Below are positions 61,676 to 64,000 of a DNA stretch of 64,000 nucleotides, in pieces. The translations under genes were made by a program, and so were the position numbers. The stretch spans positions 86,914 through 150,913 of the forward strand of contig CAZRKK010000003.1 of the NCBI GenBank assembly GCA_964600695.1. Direction: 5' to 3'. The notes beneath the pieces were generated by a model. That model did not search any database. It was not told the origin of the DNA and saw only the letters and a program-made list of their open reading frames with translations. The first letter of the stretch is position 1; every line of letters starts with the position of its first letter. The stretch comes from an uncultured Candidatus Saccharibacteria bacterium. Lineage in GTDB: Bacteria > Patescibacteriota > Doudnabacteria > UBA920.

Positions 61676-62752
61676 ATGCAAAAATTAATGAAAAGCTGGT
61701 TACCAAAGCTTACCGCTATTACAATAGTGGTTATGGCTATTGGTATTCAGGCTTCCACAGCGACAGCTGCGTCTTTGACCAGCTTGTCAGATAATATGAG
61801 TCGATTAAAAGCTAGCACAGCTTCTAACCACGATATTCGTTTCGTTACACCTGCAGGTGGTGGTGTGGCTTCTGGAGAAACAGTTGAATTAACTTTTTCT
61901 GCCGATTTCACTCCTGGCTCTGTAGCCTTTGGAGATATTGATTTTCAAGAAGGCAGTACTAACAACTGTACTTCCGCATCTTGGACAGACGAAACATTAG
62001 TTGCATCTGGACCGTCTTCATCACAGTTTAGTGCTGCATGGTCTGGTAACGTATTAACATTCACATCTGGTGGGGCTTCAGCTACAGTTGCCGCAGATAA
62101 ATGTATCCGTATTTTAATCGGTACAAATGCTGCTGGTGGTACAAACCAAATCACCAATGGTGCTATCGATGATGATGATACAATTGCTATCGCTGGGACA
62201 TTTGGTGACACTGGAACAATTTCTGTAGATATTATCACAGATGACCAAGTGGTTATTTCCGCTACAGTAGCTCCAAGTATTACTTTCTCTATTTCAGACA
62301 ACACAATTGGTTATGGTGCATTAAACGCTAGTGATGATCGCTTTGCTACAGGCGATACTAATGGTAACTCATCTGCTACAGTCGCTCATACATTAGCAGC
62401 AGGAACAAACGCTACTAGTGGATATATTATGTATGTGATGGGTGCAACTTTGACCAGTGGTGGTAATACAATTACCGCACCAGCTGGACCAAGTGCCACA
62501 ACAGTTGGGTCTGAACAGTTCGGTTTGAACTTATCAGCTTCAGGAGGAAGCGGTACAGTTGATTCTCAATATGGAACATCATCTCAATATGGTTGGGGTG
62601 CTACTGGTTCTACTCAAGACAATGTTGCAGCTGCAACAGGAGCAACTGCTTCTACAACATATAGTGCTACTTATGTAGGTAACATCGCTGCAGAAACAGA
62701 AGCTGGAACCTACGGCACAACCCTCACATATACCGCCACAGCTACCTACTAG
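61676..62752 (+). CDS. secreted Ser/Thr/Gly/Ala-rich surface protein, hypothetical
   Basis: Signal peptide LTAITIVVMAIGIQASTATAAS; low-complexity beta-rich body. Confidence 0.45.
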   Translation: MQKLMKSWLPKLTAITIVVMAIGIQASTATAASLTSLSDNMSRLKASTASNHDIRFVTPAGGGVASGETVELTFSADFTPGSVAFGDIDFQEGSTNNCTSASWTDETLVASGPSSSQFSAAWSGNVLTFTSGGASATVAADKCIRILIGTNAAGGTNQITNGAIDDDDTIAIAGTFGDTGTISVDIITDDQVVISATVAPSITFSISDNTIGYGALNASDDRFATGDTNGNSSATVAHTLAAGTNATSGYIMYVMGATLTSGGNTITAPAGPSATTVGSEQFGLNLSASGGSGTVDSQYGTSSQYGWGATGSTQDNVAAATGATASTTYSATYVGNIAAETEAGTYGTTLTYTATATY

Positions 62753-62808
62753 ACAATCCTAAAATCTGTTATACTTATAGGGTAGATTATTATTATCCTT
62801 ATACTCTG

Positions 62809-63858
62809 GTGAGAATTCCTCAAGTTTTCTCAATTGAACATCTAAAAAGATTCCATCTGACCCTTGCATTGGTCGGTGGTCTCTTTTTATTTTTAGTTTT
62901 AGGCCAAATATTGCTATTTTCCCAACAGGCACAGGCTATTACTATTTCTCCTCCTCGATTGGAATTGGCAGGCGATCCTGGCTCTACAGTTTCTGGAGAA
63001 GTAAAAGTTACTAATGATTCCAATGGTGTTATTACATATTATACGCAAGTAGAGAACTTTGAAGCAGGAGATGAAACAGGAAACCCAGCTTTTGTAGTCG
63101 CAAAAGAAGGATTGGCAACATGGGTTAATGTTCCAGACAGTGTTTTTGCTAAAGCTGGTGAACAAGTAGTTATTCCATTTTCTATTAAAATTCCTCGTAG
63201 TACAGAACCAGGTGGTTATTTTGCTTCTATATTTGTTCGCACCACACCCCCACCACGTAGTGGTAGTGAAGTAAGTATTGGTGCTCGACTTGGATCCTTA
63301 ATCTTGCTTCGTGTTAATGGGGAGATTCAAGAAGGTGTAAATATTTTAGAATTTGGTTCTAAAGAAAAACAACGTTTCTTTACATCATTACCTGTAGAAT
63401 TTTACTATCGCTTTCAAAATACTGGAGCAGATCGTGTTAAGCCAGAAGGTGATATTGTAATCAAAAACCTAATTGGTATGACTGCCAAGACATTAAGCGC
63501 TAATCGTAGCGAAGGTAGTGTTTTACCACGCAGTATTCGTAGATTCGAATCGCCTTGGATTAATGCCGGTGGAGACAAAGAAGATGTTAATGCGGTTGTG
63601 CCAGCACCTGTTGCTGGAGGATTCTTCACCCAAGCAAAGTATCAATTAACCAATTTTGCTTTTGGTTATTATAAGGCAAATTTGGATATTCGTTTTGGTG
63701 AAAATAACAACTCAGCTACCGAAACCTTTAGATTCTTTATTTTCCCATGGCAGTTATTGATTTCTGCAATTGTAATCTTTGTTGTCGGATTCATAGTGTT
63801 AAGATTTATGTTACGAAGATATAACCGCAGAATCATTGCTAAGCACTCACGACAATAA
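62809..63858 (+). CDS. cell-surface protein with N-terminal signal peptide and C-terminal TM anchor (DUF916/DUF3324-like architecture)
   Basis: Signal peptide, ISPPRLEL beta-rich domain, C-terminal TM IVIFVVGFIVLRFML + basic tail. Confidence 0.35.
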   Translation: MRIPQVFSIEHLKRFHLTLALVGGLFLFLVLGQILLFSQQAQAITISPPRLELAGDPGSTVSGEVKVTNDSNGVITYYTQVENFEAGDETGNPAFVVAKEGLATWVNVPDSVFAKAGEQVVIPFSIKIPRSTEPGGYFASIFVRTTPPPRSGSEVSIGARLGSLILLRVNGEIQEGVNILEFGSKEKQRFFTSLPVEFYYRFQNTGADRVKPEGDIVIKNLIGMTAKTLSANRSEGSVLPRSIRRFESPWINAGGDKEDVNAVVPAPVAGGFFTQAKYQLTNFAFGYYKANLDIRFGENNNSATETFRFFIFPWQLLISAIVIFVVGFIVLRFMLRRYNRRIIAKHSRQ

Positions 63859-64000
63859 TTGCTAATAAATTTGAATAAGAAACAGTCTCTGGTTGTACTG
63901 GAAGCTGTTTTTTAATAGGAAAGCTCGTGGTATTATATAAACACACAGCAATTTACTATGAAATTAAGAAATAAATACACAATTATCTTTGCTTTATTAC

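Noticed and set aside
1-64000. CRISPR arrays, IS elements, integrases, prophage genes
   Set aside because: No direct-repeat arrays were seen and no transposase, integrase or phage-like ORFs. The only repeats found are the two inverted structured elements and the 15-bp inverted repeat upstream of rpoB.

Overview
AT-rich (~35% GC) window, densely packed with small genes, with the look of a reduced Patescibacteria/CPR-like chromosome. It spans the replication-origin neighbourhood: rnpA-rpmH on the minus strand, then dnaA-dnaN-recF on the plus strand, with DnaA-box clusters on both sides of dnaA. Other core genes present are gyrA, rpsA, rsmI, yebC, ruvC, tyrS, a class A PBP, jag/khpB-yidC-yidD, ruvB, tsaE, pilB/gspE, polA, rpsT, uvrB, tsaB, a Mur ligase plus FemAB, ruvA and rpoB-rpoC. 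There are five tRNAs: Phe fragment, Gly-GCC, Cys-GCA, Leu-TAA, and an unusual Ile with a genomically encoded TAT anticodon. No CRISPR array, transposase, integrase or rRNA was found.

The strongest unexplained signals, in order:
1. A conserved 66-nt element occurs twice in inverted orientation (17379-17486 and 23470-23578), each inside a different, perfectly self-complementary ~20-bp stem, so the stems covary. The two copies sit at the ends of convergent gene pairs either side of the origin gene cluster.
2. rpmH carries an apparent +1 frameshift in a GGGG run, and its C-terminal frame reads into rnpA with no stop codon.
3. A two-gene cassette at 51210-53574 encodes a divergent HhH-GPD (endonuclease III-like) glycosylase-like protein with a Cys cluster plus an unknown partner. 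It is followed by a 545-bp non-coding region holding a perfect 15-bp inverted repeat, a consensus sigma-70 promoter and a ~290-nt rpoB leader.
4. Several small genes with good promoter, RBS and terminator signals that sit at or below the six-frame ORF cutoff.
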